Below, in pieces: positions 1-12,668 of a stretch of DNA of 64,000 bases. Position numbers and translations under genes: made by a program. The first letter of the stretch is position 1; each line of letters begins with the position of its first letter. This stretch comes from Octopus sinensis. Taxonomy: Eukaryota. Location of the stretch: NCBI RefSeq assembly GCF_006345805.1, contig NC_043025.1:13454001-13518000 (forward strand), written 5' to 3'. A model generated the notes under the pieces. The model did not search any database. It was not told where the DNA came from and saw only the letters and a list, made by a program, of their open reading frames with translations.

Positions 1-545
1 AACTCCGGGAAATTTACAGTTTACGAGATATGGAATGCTGAGACAGATCAAATGATGTGAGTTGCCTATCGACTTGAGTATATAATCTATATTCATCTGT
101 CTGTCTATCTCTACATCTGGTTTTTTTTCTCTATGTCTGTTTATCTATCTATCTATCTGTTTATACGTCTGTTTGCCTGTCTGATTGTCTATCTATGTAT
201 CTTTTTGTCTATCTATCTATGTATATGTCTCAGTTTGTCCACCTGTCTGTTTACCTGTTTGTCTATACCTCATTTTGTCTACCTGTCTTTCTATACAGTT
301 GTCTGTCCGTGTGTCACTATATCTGTCTATGGCGGCAAGCTGGCAGAAACGTTAGCACGCCGGGCGAAATGCTTAGCGGTGTTTCATCTGCCGCTACGTT
401 CTGAGTTCAAATTCCGCCGAGGTCAACTTTGCCTTTCATCCTTTCGGGGTCGATTAAATAAGTACCAGTTACGCACTGGGGTCGATATAATACACACACA
501 CACACATATACTACTACTTCTATTTTTTTTTTGTTTGTTTGTTAG

Positions 546-637
546 ATTTTTCAAGAAGTCCGTCAACAAGATCTTCTCCAATGATAGCAACAGTATGTTA
601 AAAACGACCCCTGTTGTCAAGACCATGAGCATCCCAG
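546..637 (+). CDS. Candidate internal exon of a gene starting upstream of the window: FFKKSVNKIFSNDSNSMLKTTPVVKTMSIP
   Basis: Long T-tract plus ttag acceptor, CAG|gtaacg donor, open frame, non-repetitive composition. Product not recognised. Confidence 0.5.
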
Positions 638-813
638 GTAACGTCTAGAATCACTGTGTGTGTTTACGTCATCATCATCATCATCATCTGTTGTTTATTA
701 AACTGCTAATCTATATATATATAAAATAATAATAATAATAATAATATTAGGGAGTAAATCCAAACTTACAGAGAAAAATTAGATTTAGGATTAAATCTAA
801 TTTTATAGTATAA

Positions 814-1034
814 ATATATATTATATTAAATTAGAGATAAAACCACTATTAGGCAAATCAAACAGTGAAAATCATAAACCAATACATAGAAATAAAATTA
901 ATTAAAAAAATATAAAATATAAAAAAAATTTTTTATATTTTTTTAATTAATTTTATTTCTATGTATTGGTTTATGATTTTCACTGTTTGATTTGCCTAAT
1001 AGTGGTTTTATCTCTAATTTAATATAATATATAT
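814..1034. repeat. Perfect AT-rich hairpin (~100-bp arms)
   Basis: 814-914 is the reverse complement of 934-1034; a related family occurs at 20406-20948. Confidence 0.85.
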
Positions 1035-1404
1035 ATATATAAAGTATAGAAGCCATCTTAACATGGCTAACCACATAGGGGAGGGGGTGTTACTGTAGCT
1101 TTATAGCCCCAGGAGATCGGCGTCTCCAGCTGGCTTTAGACACCATTTCAGTGCCCTTGAAGTATTTGCAAAGGGAGGCCATCCCTTCCTCGCAAGCCTG
1201 AGTGATACGCTCGGACTAGTTTCGGGATTTTTGTCCCTTGTCAGCGGGCGGTAACCACCAGGTCGCGATGGGAGGGGGTGTTAAGATGGCTTCTATACTT
1301 TACATTATCGAGCGATTACTGTTTCAATCTCATTCTGAGATTTAATTATGCTATATATATATATATATATATACGCGAGAAAGAAGCAACAAGAATGGAT
1401 AGGT

Positions 1405-1495
1405 TTTTAGTACGATCGTTTCATACAAGGACAGGTTTTATTAAAAGTTGCAAAGATTACAGCATATAAACGAGTCCCGTACTCATCAGCTAAAA
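1405..1495 (-). ncRNA. Type I hammerhead ribozyme motif (Penelope-like element type)
   Basis: UUUUAG-CUGAUGA-GUACGGGAC...GUCCUUGUAU-GAAAC-GAUC-GUA-CUAAAA. Stem I is 6 bp, stem III is palindromic (ACGAUCGU), the cleavage triplet is GUA, and stem II closes with G.U. Confidence 0.6.
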
Positions 1496-1658
1496 TACAT
1501 GTAAGTTCTCTAGACATCCTAGTGTTTGAGGCTATACTCATGAAGTAATGTAGATAATTAAACACATTTCTAAAGTTCATTAAAGTTCTTTAAAGATGAT
1601 GTACATTACTTCATGAGTATAGCCTCAAACACTAGGATGTCTAGAGAACTTACATGTA

Positions 1659-1749
1659 TTTTAGCTGATGAGTACGGGACTCGTTTATATGCTGTAATCT
1701 TTGCAACTTTTAATAAAACCTGTCCTTGTATGAAACGATTGTACTAAAA
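1659..1749 (+). ncRNA. Inverted second copy of the hammerhead motif
   Basis: Same as 1405-1495 except for one C>T in the stem III loop. Confidence 0.6.
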
Positions 1750-4278
1750 ACCTATCCATTCTTGTTGCTTCTTTCTCGCTTATAATCACCCCACATTACT
1801 GTATTGTTAAAACAGTATAGTTTTTTTTGGTGCATCTAAGTTAGGTACCATATTCAAGTAAATTCATTTAAATTAACTTGAATCTTTATTGCTCTTTGTA
1901 TATATATATATATATATATATATATAAGAAATGCTGTACGTTCGTTTAAATAATTAAAAACCACCGGTCACATGGTATGCACGAGTTTTATGTGAACTTG
2001 TCAGGTTTTTTTGGGGTTTTTTAAATTTTCTATTTCAATCAAAATAATCAGGGACACACAATTAATTCCATTGCTACAGAGTTACAGATGAGATAATGTT
2101 GCCAGGAATACCTGCATCGGGCATGGTTTTATTCAACATATTCCCCCTCTCAGAATCACACACTTATTGCAGTGGTCCTTCAGTTTTTCTAAGCCCTGTA
2201 AAAGAACTTGGAAAGTTGTGCCCCTGCCACCCTCAAGAAAAGAAGTGTGCCCTTCTAACCAAAGTTATTATGCTCTTTTCTTCTAGAATTGTATTCCCTT
2301 CTGGCTTTGTGCCCTCCCTTCGGAAAATTCTAGGGACCTTGTCCGATACAGGTATTCCCTGCAACACTATAATTGCACACACACACATACATATTTACAC
2401 GCACATCTGTAGTGATGATGATGATGATGATGATGATGATATAAATGCCTTTTTTCCATGACCCCCCCCTTTTTTTTTTACATATTTATCTTTCTTTTTT
2501 AGATATATTTTAATGCCCTTTTTTTCCTTCTTTCGCAGCTTCCTGGTGGCAAAAATGCAGCTAATTTTATCAACCAAAGAATTTACTACTACAACTACTA
2601 TTACTACTACTACTACTATTACTATTACTACTACTACTACAACCATTACTATTACTTTACTATTATTACTGCTGATTACGCTATTGTCCTATAACCACCA
2701 CCACCACCACCACCACCACTACCACCATCGCGCTACTGACTATACCACTATGATGACGACAACCTATTTGGGTCTTGTTTTCCCTCCACCACCACCACCA
2801 CCACCACTACCATTACTACAACCCCCTCAACTATCACCAGTGCCACCACCAAGGAAAAACCATCTGTCACCTTTGTGTTACCTCTCGATTCGTTTTAATG
2901 AAGATTTGTAATTAACAAAGATTCGTTTAGCTGTGCTGGTGTTGTTTGTTGGGTTTTTTTTTAAGATGTTTTTGTTTTTCGTTTCTTTCTTTACATCGTA
3001 ATCTTTTCGTGATATTCTTCTTCATAATGTTCGTCTCCTTGGACGTTTGTCATTGTTTAACAATCACAATGCTGACGTTGGCATTATCATCATCATCATC
3101 ATCATCGTCATCATCGTCATAATCACCACCGTCATCGTCTTTGTTTCCTTCATTGTTATCATTGCCATTTAAAGCAATGACACACAGTCACTGACAGTGA
3201 TGACGACGACGAGCCCCAGTCACCATGCTCCACCACCCCAACCTCGCCCTCTCCATCGCTGTTGCTGTCATTGACCAAAACATCGACGATGACAACACCC
3301 TCTTCCCCTTTTTCCACTGTTGTCTTCGTCGTCATCTTCATTGACATCCTCTTCACCATCTTCATTTTTATCATTACCATTTGTCGCAGCAACCTAACAC
3401 CATCACCGACAATGATGACGATGACAATAAGAAGCCTCAACTACCCTCACTCCCACCCCACCCTCTCCTTTCCACCCTATCATTGTCTCTCATCGTCATC
3501 ATTGTTGTCATAGTCAAAAACATCAACAATGATGATGGTGACGGCACATTGCCCTCCCCGTCATCATTGTTGTCATAGTCAAAAACATCAACAATGATGA
3601 CAGCGACGGCGCCTTGCCCTCCCCTCTACTGTCGTTTTTGTCATGATCATCATCGTTGCCGTCATTTTTGTCATTGACATTTTCATTGTCGTCTTCATTT
3701 TCATCATTGCCATTTGTAAGGAACAAGACATCGCCATTGCTGATAGCAACGACCACCCCCACCCACCCGTCACTCCCCCTTCATCTCCGTCTTTTTTGTC
3801 GCCGTCGTGAATATCATCGTCGTCATTGACCAAAGAACCATCATTTACAATGTCGACATCACCTCCCCTTTCCCTCTAATGCTATCATCGTCATCGTCAT
3901 TATAAACATCTTCATTGGCGTCATCAGACATCGACGACGAGATCACCACCACCAATGACGAAACATCCCGTCATCATCTTCGTTGTCAGTGACAATGAAC
4001 ATGATGGATGAATTGACCTCCACCCCACTTCACTGCTTCAATGAAAATAAAATACCATTTGTTCTTGTTATTGTTGTTGTTGTTTCTTTCAACCCCAATC
4101 CAGTAGGACCTACATTCAGAGCCTCTCCATCCATGACCTTTCCATTATTTTCCTTTTTTGTAAGTGAAAAGCAACTAGGACCGAATGGAGCTTGTAAATC
4201 ATATTCTATTTTTAATCGTGGAAGCAAAACTCTTATTTGATTGTTGGTTCTTTGGTTGATTTATATGTGATTGTTTAA

Positions 4279-5255
4279 CCCTTTCGTGACCACCCCGGCT
4301 GAAACCAGCTCTGGCTCTGTAGTACAAATATCTTGTTTTCATAAGTTTTGAATTAAAATCTTCCACCAATCCTTAGTCACAATTTATGTTCCTAACACTA
4401 GCTTAATGATAACTAAGTTATTTTACTAAATTCTTTGTTATATTTAAAGTAATTGAAAGAAACACAGAGCATCTCAGCAGAAATATGGTAACAAAAGGGT
4501 TAAAATATATAATAGAGAAACAATTCTTAACCCTTTTGATACCAACCTGGTTGAAACCACCTCTGGCTCTGTGGTACAAATGTCTTGTTTTCATAAGTTT
4601 TGAATTAAAATCTTCCACCAAACCTTAGTCACAATTTATGTTCCTAACACTAGCTTAATGATAACTAAGTTATTTTACTAAATTCTTTGTTATATTTAAA
4701 ATAATTGAAAGAAACACAGAGCATCTCAGCAGAAATATGGTAACAAAAGGGTTAAAATATATAATAGAGAAACAATTCTTAACCCTTTTGATACCAACCT
4801 GGCTGAAACCACCTCTGGCTCTGTAGTACAAATGTCTTGTTTCCATAAGTTTTGAATTAAAATCTTCCACCAAACCTTAGTCACAATTTATGTTCCTAAC
4901 ACTAGCTTAATGATAACTAAGTTATTTTACTAAATTCTTTGTTATATTTAAAATAATTGAAAGAAACACAGAGCATCTCAGCAGAAATATGGTAACAAAA
5001 GGGTTAAGATATATAATAGAGAAACAATTCTTAACCCTTTTGATACCAACCTGGCTGAAACCACCTCTGGCTCTGTAGTACAAATGTCTTGTTTTCATAA
5101 GTTTTGAATTAAAATCTTCCACCAAACCTTAGTCACAATTTATGTTCCTAACACTAGCTGAATGATAACCAAGTTATTTTACTAAATTCTTTGTTATATT
5201 TAAAGTAATTGAAAGAAACACAGAGCATCTCAGCAGAAATATGGTAACGAAAGGG
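4279..5255. mobile_element. Four tandem piggyBac-like MITEs (221 bp each, 252-bp period)
   Basis: Each unit is TTAA|CCCTTT...AAAGGG|TTAA; starts at 4279, 4531, 4783 and 5035. Confidence 0.85.
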
Positions 5256-6497
5256 TTAAAAAGGGTGAGAACAACAATGCTAAAACGTATTTGAAACAAT
5301 GGACAACAGTCGAAATATCATAATGGGTGGGTAAAGCAGCATCCTTAAAACTTTGGTGAGGCACAAGGAAATTTTCATCCTGAAAATGCGACCCCATGAA
5401 AAAAGAAAAAAAAAAGTCTAGGAACTACTGCTATAGGCGCAGGAGTGGCTGTGTGGTAAGTAGCTTGCTAACCAACCACATGGTTCCGGGTTCAGTCCCA
5501 CTGCGTGGCATCTTGGGCAAGTGTCTTCTACTATAGCCTCGGGCCGACCAAAGCCACTCCTGCGCCTATATATATATATATATATATATAGGCGCAGGAG
5601 TGGCTGTGTGGTAAGTAGCTTGCTTACCAACCACATGGTTCTGGGTTCAGTCCCACTGCGTGGCATCTTGGACAAGTGTCTTCTGCTATAGCCCCGGGCT
5701 GACCAATGCCTTGTAAGTGGATTTGGTAGACGGAAACTGAAAGAAGCCTGTCGTACATATGTATGTGTCTGTGTTTGTCCCCCTTAGCATCGCTTGACAA
5801 CCGATGCTGGTGTGTTTACGTCCCCGTCACTTAGCGGTTCGGCAATAGAGACCGATAGAATAAGTACTGGGCTTACAAAGAATAAGTCCCAGGGTCGATT
5901 TGCTCGACTAAAGGCGGTGCTCCAGCATGGCCGCAGTCAAATGACTGAAACAAGTAAAAGACTATAGAAGAAAACAGATGCCCAAGGTGGCATGCAACCT
6001 CCTTACCACGCCCCCAAGCCTGTGTCTGAGCACAGAAGTAAATAATGCCACCCTGTGGTACCTACTTACAGCCAGGTGGACTGCAACACTCTTTAAGAAT
6101 CATGGTGCAACACAATTAACAACAACAACAACACAAAAGAAATAACAAAAAAGACATTGCTGTTATTATTATTATTATTATATCAATTTTTAAATACTTT
6201 TTGCAGTTTATTTTTTATATTTATTTACTGGCCAAATTGAGAATTTTATGAGAGAGAGAGAGAGAGTGTGTGTCTCTGAATGTGTATGTTTATTTGTATG
6301 TGTGTGTGTGTGTAATCCTGTCTCTGTTTGGATATGTTTGAGTGTGTGTGTGTGTGCCTCTTTGTATCTGTGCATGTCTGTGTGTTTGCATATGTGTATA
6401 ACTGAGTGTGTGTGTATATATATGTATATATATATATATATACATACATACATATAGATGCATGTATATATGTGTGTGTGTGTGTACACATGTTTGC

Positions 6498-6536
<39 letters not shown>

Positions 6537-6763
6537 CATATATATGTGTGTGTACATGTTTGCGTGTGTGTATATATATGTGTGTGTGTGTGTATAAAAA
6601 ACTATCAGGGTGTATCTATGTATGAATACTTGCATCTATATATGTGTATAACAAACCTTAAGTATCTGTATACACACATGTATATATGTGTTGTATATAT
6701 CTGTGTGTGTGTGTGTGTATAACTGTCTATGTGTATGAATGTATGAACGTGTGTGCATGTGTG

Positions 6764-7762
6764 TCATTGCTCTGTCAAGAGAATATTGTCACATTTCTTG
6801 AGACTGGCGCCGAGTTCGTTGACCAGTTTCTGTCTCTTCAACAGAGCAATGTCTTTCTCCAAAGCGATCACCTCCATTTTGGCAAGATGTTCCTGCGACA
6901 TAAACGCCATCCGTTGTTCGTGTTCGGCACGATGGAAGTCCAAGAGGTGTTCCTCAAAGCTCAGACTCTCCTCCACCACCTCTTCCAAACCGCCAACCCC
7001 GCCGACGCCAATTCTGCCGCTTTTCCCGACCGCCGCCGCCTCCGAGAAGTCCATCGCGGTGGCAGCGGCAGAAGCGGCTGCAGCGGCCGCTGCTGCCGAA
7101 GACGCAGTGGAAGCCGACGACAGCGGTAGCAGCCGGACCATCCCGGCCGCGGCGGCAGCAGCAGCGGAGGAAGCAGCCGACGCCACGGCGTTGCTGCTGC
7201 CATTGCCGCTGCCGGTCTTGATGTTGCTGTTGTTGACAATGAAGTTGTTGTTGTTGTTGGTGTTGCGGATTCCATTGAAATTCATATTAATGATGCTGGA
7301 ATATCCGTCATCAGCAGTGTCATCATCTTCGTTATTGTCATCTTCATCATCATCAACAACCCCACCACCGCCGCCGCCACTAACAACAATACCACAATCA
7401 TCAACAACATTACTACCACCGCCGCCACCAGCACCAATACCACTCCCTCCGCCATGACCACCACCACCACCATGCTGATGACCACTATCTATATAATAAT
7501 CATCGTAGTCATCGCAGAGTTCCACCTTCTGGTACACCATAGAGTTCTGATTGGCCGCGGTGGGGCCGGCAGTGGAATATATGGGCAGTTGGCCCGAGGG
7601 GCTGCTGTTGCAGTTGTCCATTTGGTCGTTGTTGGTCGGAAATTCTTCGAAGGCTGCCTCTTCTTTCTGGACGAACATCTGGGACTGAATCTGGCTCAGC
7701 TGTGAAGACGATAGTCCGCAGAGGTTGCTGGACTCCATGGTTAACGGGGTCGACTTCTCAAA
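6764..7762 (-). CDS. Exon 3 (terminal) of the Cys/His-domain gene: G/D/N/A homopolymers, then LDFHRAEHEQRMAFMSQEHLAKMEVIALEKDIALLKRQKL coiled coil
   Basis: tttaatttccag acceptor; 999 nt to the stop codon. Confidence 0.88.
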   Translation of the reverse strand, partial: FEKSTPLTMESSNLCGLSSSQLSQIQSQMFVQKEEAAFEEFPTNNDQMDNCNSSPSGQLPIYSTAGPTAANQNSMVYQKVELCDDYDDYYIDSGHQHGGGGGHGGGSGIGAGGGGGSNVVDDCGIVVSGGGGGGVVDDDEDDNNEDDDTADDGYSSIINMNFNGIRNTNNNNNFIVNNSNIKTGSGNGSSNAVASAASSAAAAAAAGMVRLLPLSSASTASSAAAAAAAASAAATAMDFSEAAAVGKSGRIGVGGVGGLEEVVEESLSFEEHLLDFHRAEHEQRMAFMSQEHLAKMEVIALEKDIALLKRQKLVNELGASLKKCDNILLTEQ

Positions 7763-10700
7763 CTGGAAATTAAAAAGAAAAGGAAAACGATATATATATA
7801 CTGGAAAAAGTATATGTATTTGTGAAGGGAACCGACTTCTTGTCGACAACTATGATTGTCACATGCCGATGACGGGTCAATACCCTGAAACTCGAGTCCG
7901 TGTGTATCATAAGTTGAAGACGGGAAGGATGACTTCCCTTTGCAAATACTGATAGGGCACAGAAAGTGTATCTATAGCCAGCTGGAGGTGTCCTCCTGGG
8001 GCTACAAACTACAGTAGCATGCACCCTTAGGGGTTAGCCATATTCAAATGGCAAATATACGATACATATATATATATACACATATGTTTTGCATATACAC
8101 GTATAAAAAAATCAACATGAATGGAAATTGTAGCTGTGATACCAGTGCCGGTGGCACATAAGAGAACCATCCGAACGTGGCCGTTGCCAGCGCCGCCCCA
8201 ACTGGTTTCCATGCCGGTGGCACGTAAAAAGGACAATCTGATTGTGGCCGTTGCCAGCCTTGCCTGGCCTCTGTGCCGATGTCATGTAAAAAGCACCATC
8301 CGATCGTGGCCGCTTGCCAGCTTCGTCTGGCACCTGTGCAGGTGACACATAAAAAGCACCCACTACACTCTCGGAGTGGTTGGTGTTAGGAAGGGCATCC
8401 AGCTGTAGAAACACTGCCTTATCAGACTGGGCCTGGTGCAGCCTTCTGGCTTCCCAGACCCCAGTTGAACCGTCCAACCCATGCTAGCATGGAAAGCGGA
8501 TGCTAAACGATGATGATGATGATGATACACACACGTTTTGCATATACATGTATACATATCTGTACATAAATACACATACATACATACATATATACAGTCC
8601 AGCTGTGTCTTTTACAATAGCCTTGAGCTGACCAAAGCTTTGTGGGTGGATTTGACCCTTTCCTTACTGTATTTATTTTGAGGGGCTCTCCGTTTCTGTC
8701 ACTTACTTTAAATATAACAAAGAATTTAGTAAAATAACTTATAAACACTCACAATGCCCGGTCTGGGAATCGAAACCGCGATCCTACGACCACGAGTCCG
8801 CTGCCCTAACCACTGGGCCATTGCACCTTCACGGAGACTAATTAACTCACAGGTAATTGCAAACGAAGCTACAAAAATACTCACGGAATTTGTCTGGATC
8901 AAGAATTCTGTGGTTTCTTTCTTTTCAGCTGCAAAATTTGGTTTCAGGGGCCAATCGAATTGCAGAACTGAATTCTTTCTGTGTTGGAGAGCCTTCTTCA
9001 GTGCCTTTGTGTGGGAATGAACCTGAAATTGGTAAAATGCTGCTTAGTTCCATATAAAGATTGAACTCACTACCTCGTGATTGTGAGCGCGGCACTCAAA
9101 CCACTGTGCCATTGTTTTCTTTGGTTGCTTCTGTGTCTTCCAACATAGAAACAATGCAACAGAGACTTTAGAAATAAGATTTACACTCTGAACAATCTAA
9201 GAAGGTATGTGCAGGGTTAACAAATATTTTTACTGGGCAGAGTAGCAACAGGTATTGACCTTTTAAAAAGCGGTGAGCTTGCAGAACGGTTAGCACACCG
9301 GGCGAAATGCTTTGCGGTATTTCGTCTGCCGTTACGTTCTGAGTTCAAATTCCGCCGAGGTCGACTTTGCCTTTCATCCTTTCGGGGGTCGATAAATTAA
9401 AGTACCAGTTACGCAATGGGGTCGATGTAATCGACTTAATACCTATGTCTGTCCTTGTTTGTCCCCTCTATGTTTAGCCCCTTGTGGGTAATAAAGAAAT
9501 AGGTATTGACCTAGTACATAATAATAATAATAATTAATTCTTTTTATTGGCCACAAGGGCTGACAAACATGATTGGAAAACATAAAGGGACAAAACAAGA
9601 CGAAAGGTTACAAAAGGTTTTGTCCGATTTTCGAAAGAAAAAAGGGCCGTGTAAAACAAGCTTTACAACAACGAAAAAATTCAACAATTTACAAAACTCC
9701 CAATAGAGGAGACGCTTCGAAAAAAGGAAAGGCCTCATGTGGAAAAACCCATAAAAGCCACGGGAGCCTGGTCAAAAGGGGGGGGGTAGAGAGCCCCTTT
9801 CTCCTTTTATAATACCTTTTTCAATTACAGGCGAAACCTCAGAATTGGTCCAGACAGAAAGATAGATGCGAATAGGCCAGACATCATATTGAAAGACCTC
9901 AAACAAAAATCATGCCTCCTCATTGATATGACTGTCCCAATCGATATAAACGTATCTGTCAAGACCTACCAAGTATAAAGATCTTGAAGACTAAAACAAT
10001 ACCTATTTCTTTACTACCCAGAAGGGGCTAAACACAGAGAGGACAAACAAGGACAGACAAATGGATAAGGTCGATTATATCGACCCCATTGCGTAACTAG
10101 TACTTATTTAATCGACCCCGAAAGGATGAAAGGCAAAGTCGACCTTGGCGGAATTTGAACTCAGAACGTAGTGGCAGACGAAATACCGCTAAGCATTTCG
10201 CCCGGCGTACTAACGACTCTGCCAGCTCACCGCCTTCTAAACAATACCTGTTGTCATAGGTGCCCTGGGAATGATAGCAAAAGGGGCTGATTGCTACCTA
10301 GTTCAGATACCAGGAAACCCCAAAAATGGCAGAAATTCAAAAGATAGTGCTCATGGGAACTGCTCATATCCTATGCAAAATACTTTAAACCTTTAGTGTT
10401 TGCATTACTCTGCCAAAATAATGCTTTTTCATCCAATTGTTTTGAACTAATCATTCATTAATCTTGTACTATAAGATTTTGATGAGGTAGCTGTTAATTT
10501 TTAAAACGATATTGTAGGGTTGGTGTGAGAGACCAGATCTGGCCAGTTTGAACATAAAACAGGCAGAATACTTTTGGCCGGATTTGGCCGGTTTAAATGC
10601 TAAAGGGTTAAAACAAACAAGTCCTGGGATCGATTTGTTCAACTAAAACCCTTCGAGGCAGTAAGCCTCCAGCAGGGCCACGGTCAAATGACTGAAACAA

Positions 10701-12637
10701 ATAAAAGAGTAAAAGAACAAAAAAAAAAGATACCTTTCTCCATTTGACTTTCTTTATGGGTGGCACCCACGCGTACTCCGGCTCCACGTGGCTTCCTATC
10801 AGTTTCACCTCCCACATACCTATCTGGTCGGAATGCATGGTGAGGAGAACTTTGAAGGAGCAGCGGTGGCCCATCTTGGCCCGTTCGGTCTTCTTCGGAC
10901 AATCTGGCAAAAAAAAAAAAATGAACACAATAAAAGAATTATATTAGACACGTAGTCCAGTCCCTGCCAGAAAAAACAACATATGATGATGATGATTATG
11001 ATGGTGGTGATGACGATGACGATGACGGTGATGATGCTGTCATCATCATCATCGTTTAATGTCTGCTTTCCATGCTAGCATGGGTTGGACGATTTTGACT
11101 GAGGTCTGACGAACCAGATGGCTGCACCAGGCTCCAGTCTGATCTGGCAGAGTTTCTACAGCTGGATGCCTTTCCTAACGCCAACCACTCCGAGAGTGTA
11201 GTGGGTGCTTTTACGTGCCAATCAGGCGGTACTGGCAATGGCCATGCTCAAATGGTGCTTTTTACGTGTTACCTGGAGCCAGTCCAGCGGCACTGGCAAC
11301 AACCTTGCTTGAATGTTTTTTTCCACATGCCAGTAAGGCAACGCTGGTAATGATCACTCTCGAAATGGTGCTTTTTACGTGCCCACAGGCACAGAAGCCA
11401 GACAGCTGCTCTGGCAGTGATCCTGCTCGGATGGAACTGTTAGCGCTCCACTGGCACGGGTGCCAGTCATCGAATTTGATTTCAATTTCGATTTCACTTG
11501 CCTCAACAGGTCTTCACAAGCAGAGTTTAGTGTCCAATGAAGGAAAAGGTACGCATAAGTGGGCTGGTTACGCCCCTGGCATAAGCCACGAGGTAAATGA
11601 TGATGACGATGATGATGACATGTTAAAAGCACTGATGATGGTACCACATAAAACGCACTCAGTACACTATATAGAGTGGTTAGCATTAGGAAGGGCATCC
11701 AGCTGTAGAAACCAAGCTAAAACAGACTATGGGACTAGATGTAGTACCTGACATTGCCAGTTCCTATCAAACCGTCCAACCCATACCAGCACAGAAAAAC
11801 AGACATTAAATGGTGATGATGGCATACAAGCAAAGATATCGAAAGATCTGAGAGACTTACCAACAATGCAGTCCCCAATTCCTCCACATTTTCGTCGACA
11901 GCTTCCTTCGCCGTTGCACAGGAGATCCTCTTTCACAACAATGCACCTCCTGGAAGGGGTGATTGCGAACACGGGATGGAATATATCGGTAAGAAATCCG
12001 TTGGGCCCTTCTTCGATACCCACCAGATCTTTGCGCATAATTTGCCTGCCTTTCCTTATCATGACGGCCTGGTTGAATTTCGGCTTGCTCGCCAAAAACT
12101 CCACCAGTTTCTCCTGCGGCACACATTCAGAGTCACACTTCAACAAACCGAACGTCTTATCGACATGTTTGTTGTTGTTTCTGTAGTTGTTGTGAGTGAT
12201 GGTCGTGGTGGCGGTGGTGGTGATAGCATTTGTGGTGGAAGCGGTGGTGGTGTTGGAGGATGAGGCGGAGGAGGGCGTGTTTAACGATGATGATAATGAC
12301 GATGGTGATGATGATGATGGCGATGACGATGTGATGCTGCGGCTGTTCACGTGGCGCTGTTGTTGTCTCTGTTGCTGGAGGTGGCGATAGCGCTGCTCCT
12401 GGAGGAGATAGTGCTGGCGGCGGAGCTCACTGTTGGCGGTGCTCGTTGTCGTGGTGACGTTCGAAGCACCGCTGCTGTTGTTGCTGCTGCTGGTGCCGTT
12501 CGTATCGACGAGGTGGTCCTCAACGGAATTAACTGTGGTGGTCGCGGTCGGAGAGTCGTCTTCAATGTGAATAACATGTTTGTTATCGTCGTCGTCATCG
12601 TTCTTACTAATAATAATATCAATGTTACTATTATTGC

Positions 12638-12668
<31 letters not shown>

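Larger units (their letters stand above)
1375..1779. repeat. Near-perfect inverted repeat (178-bp arms, 49-bp spacer), likely a Penelope-like pseudo-LTR remnant
   Basis: 1375-1552 is the reverse complement of 1602-1779 with one mismatch noticed. Confidence 0.9.

Noticed and set aside
133-648. 171-aa ORF as a whole gene with TM-like segments
   Set aside because: Made of a (TCTA)n-type microsatellite plus a SINE; only 546-637 has exon-like features.
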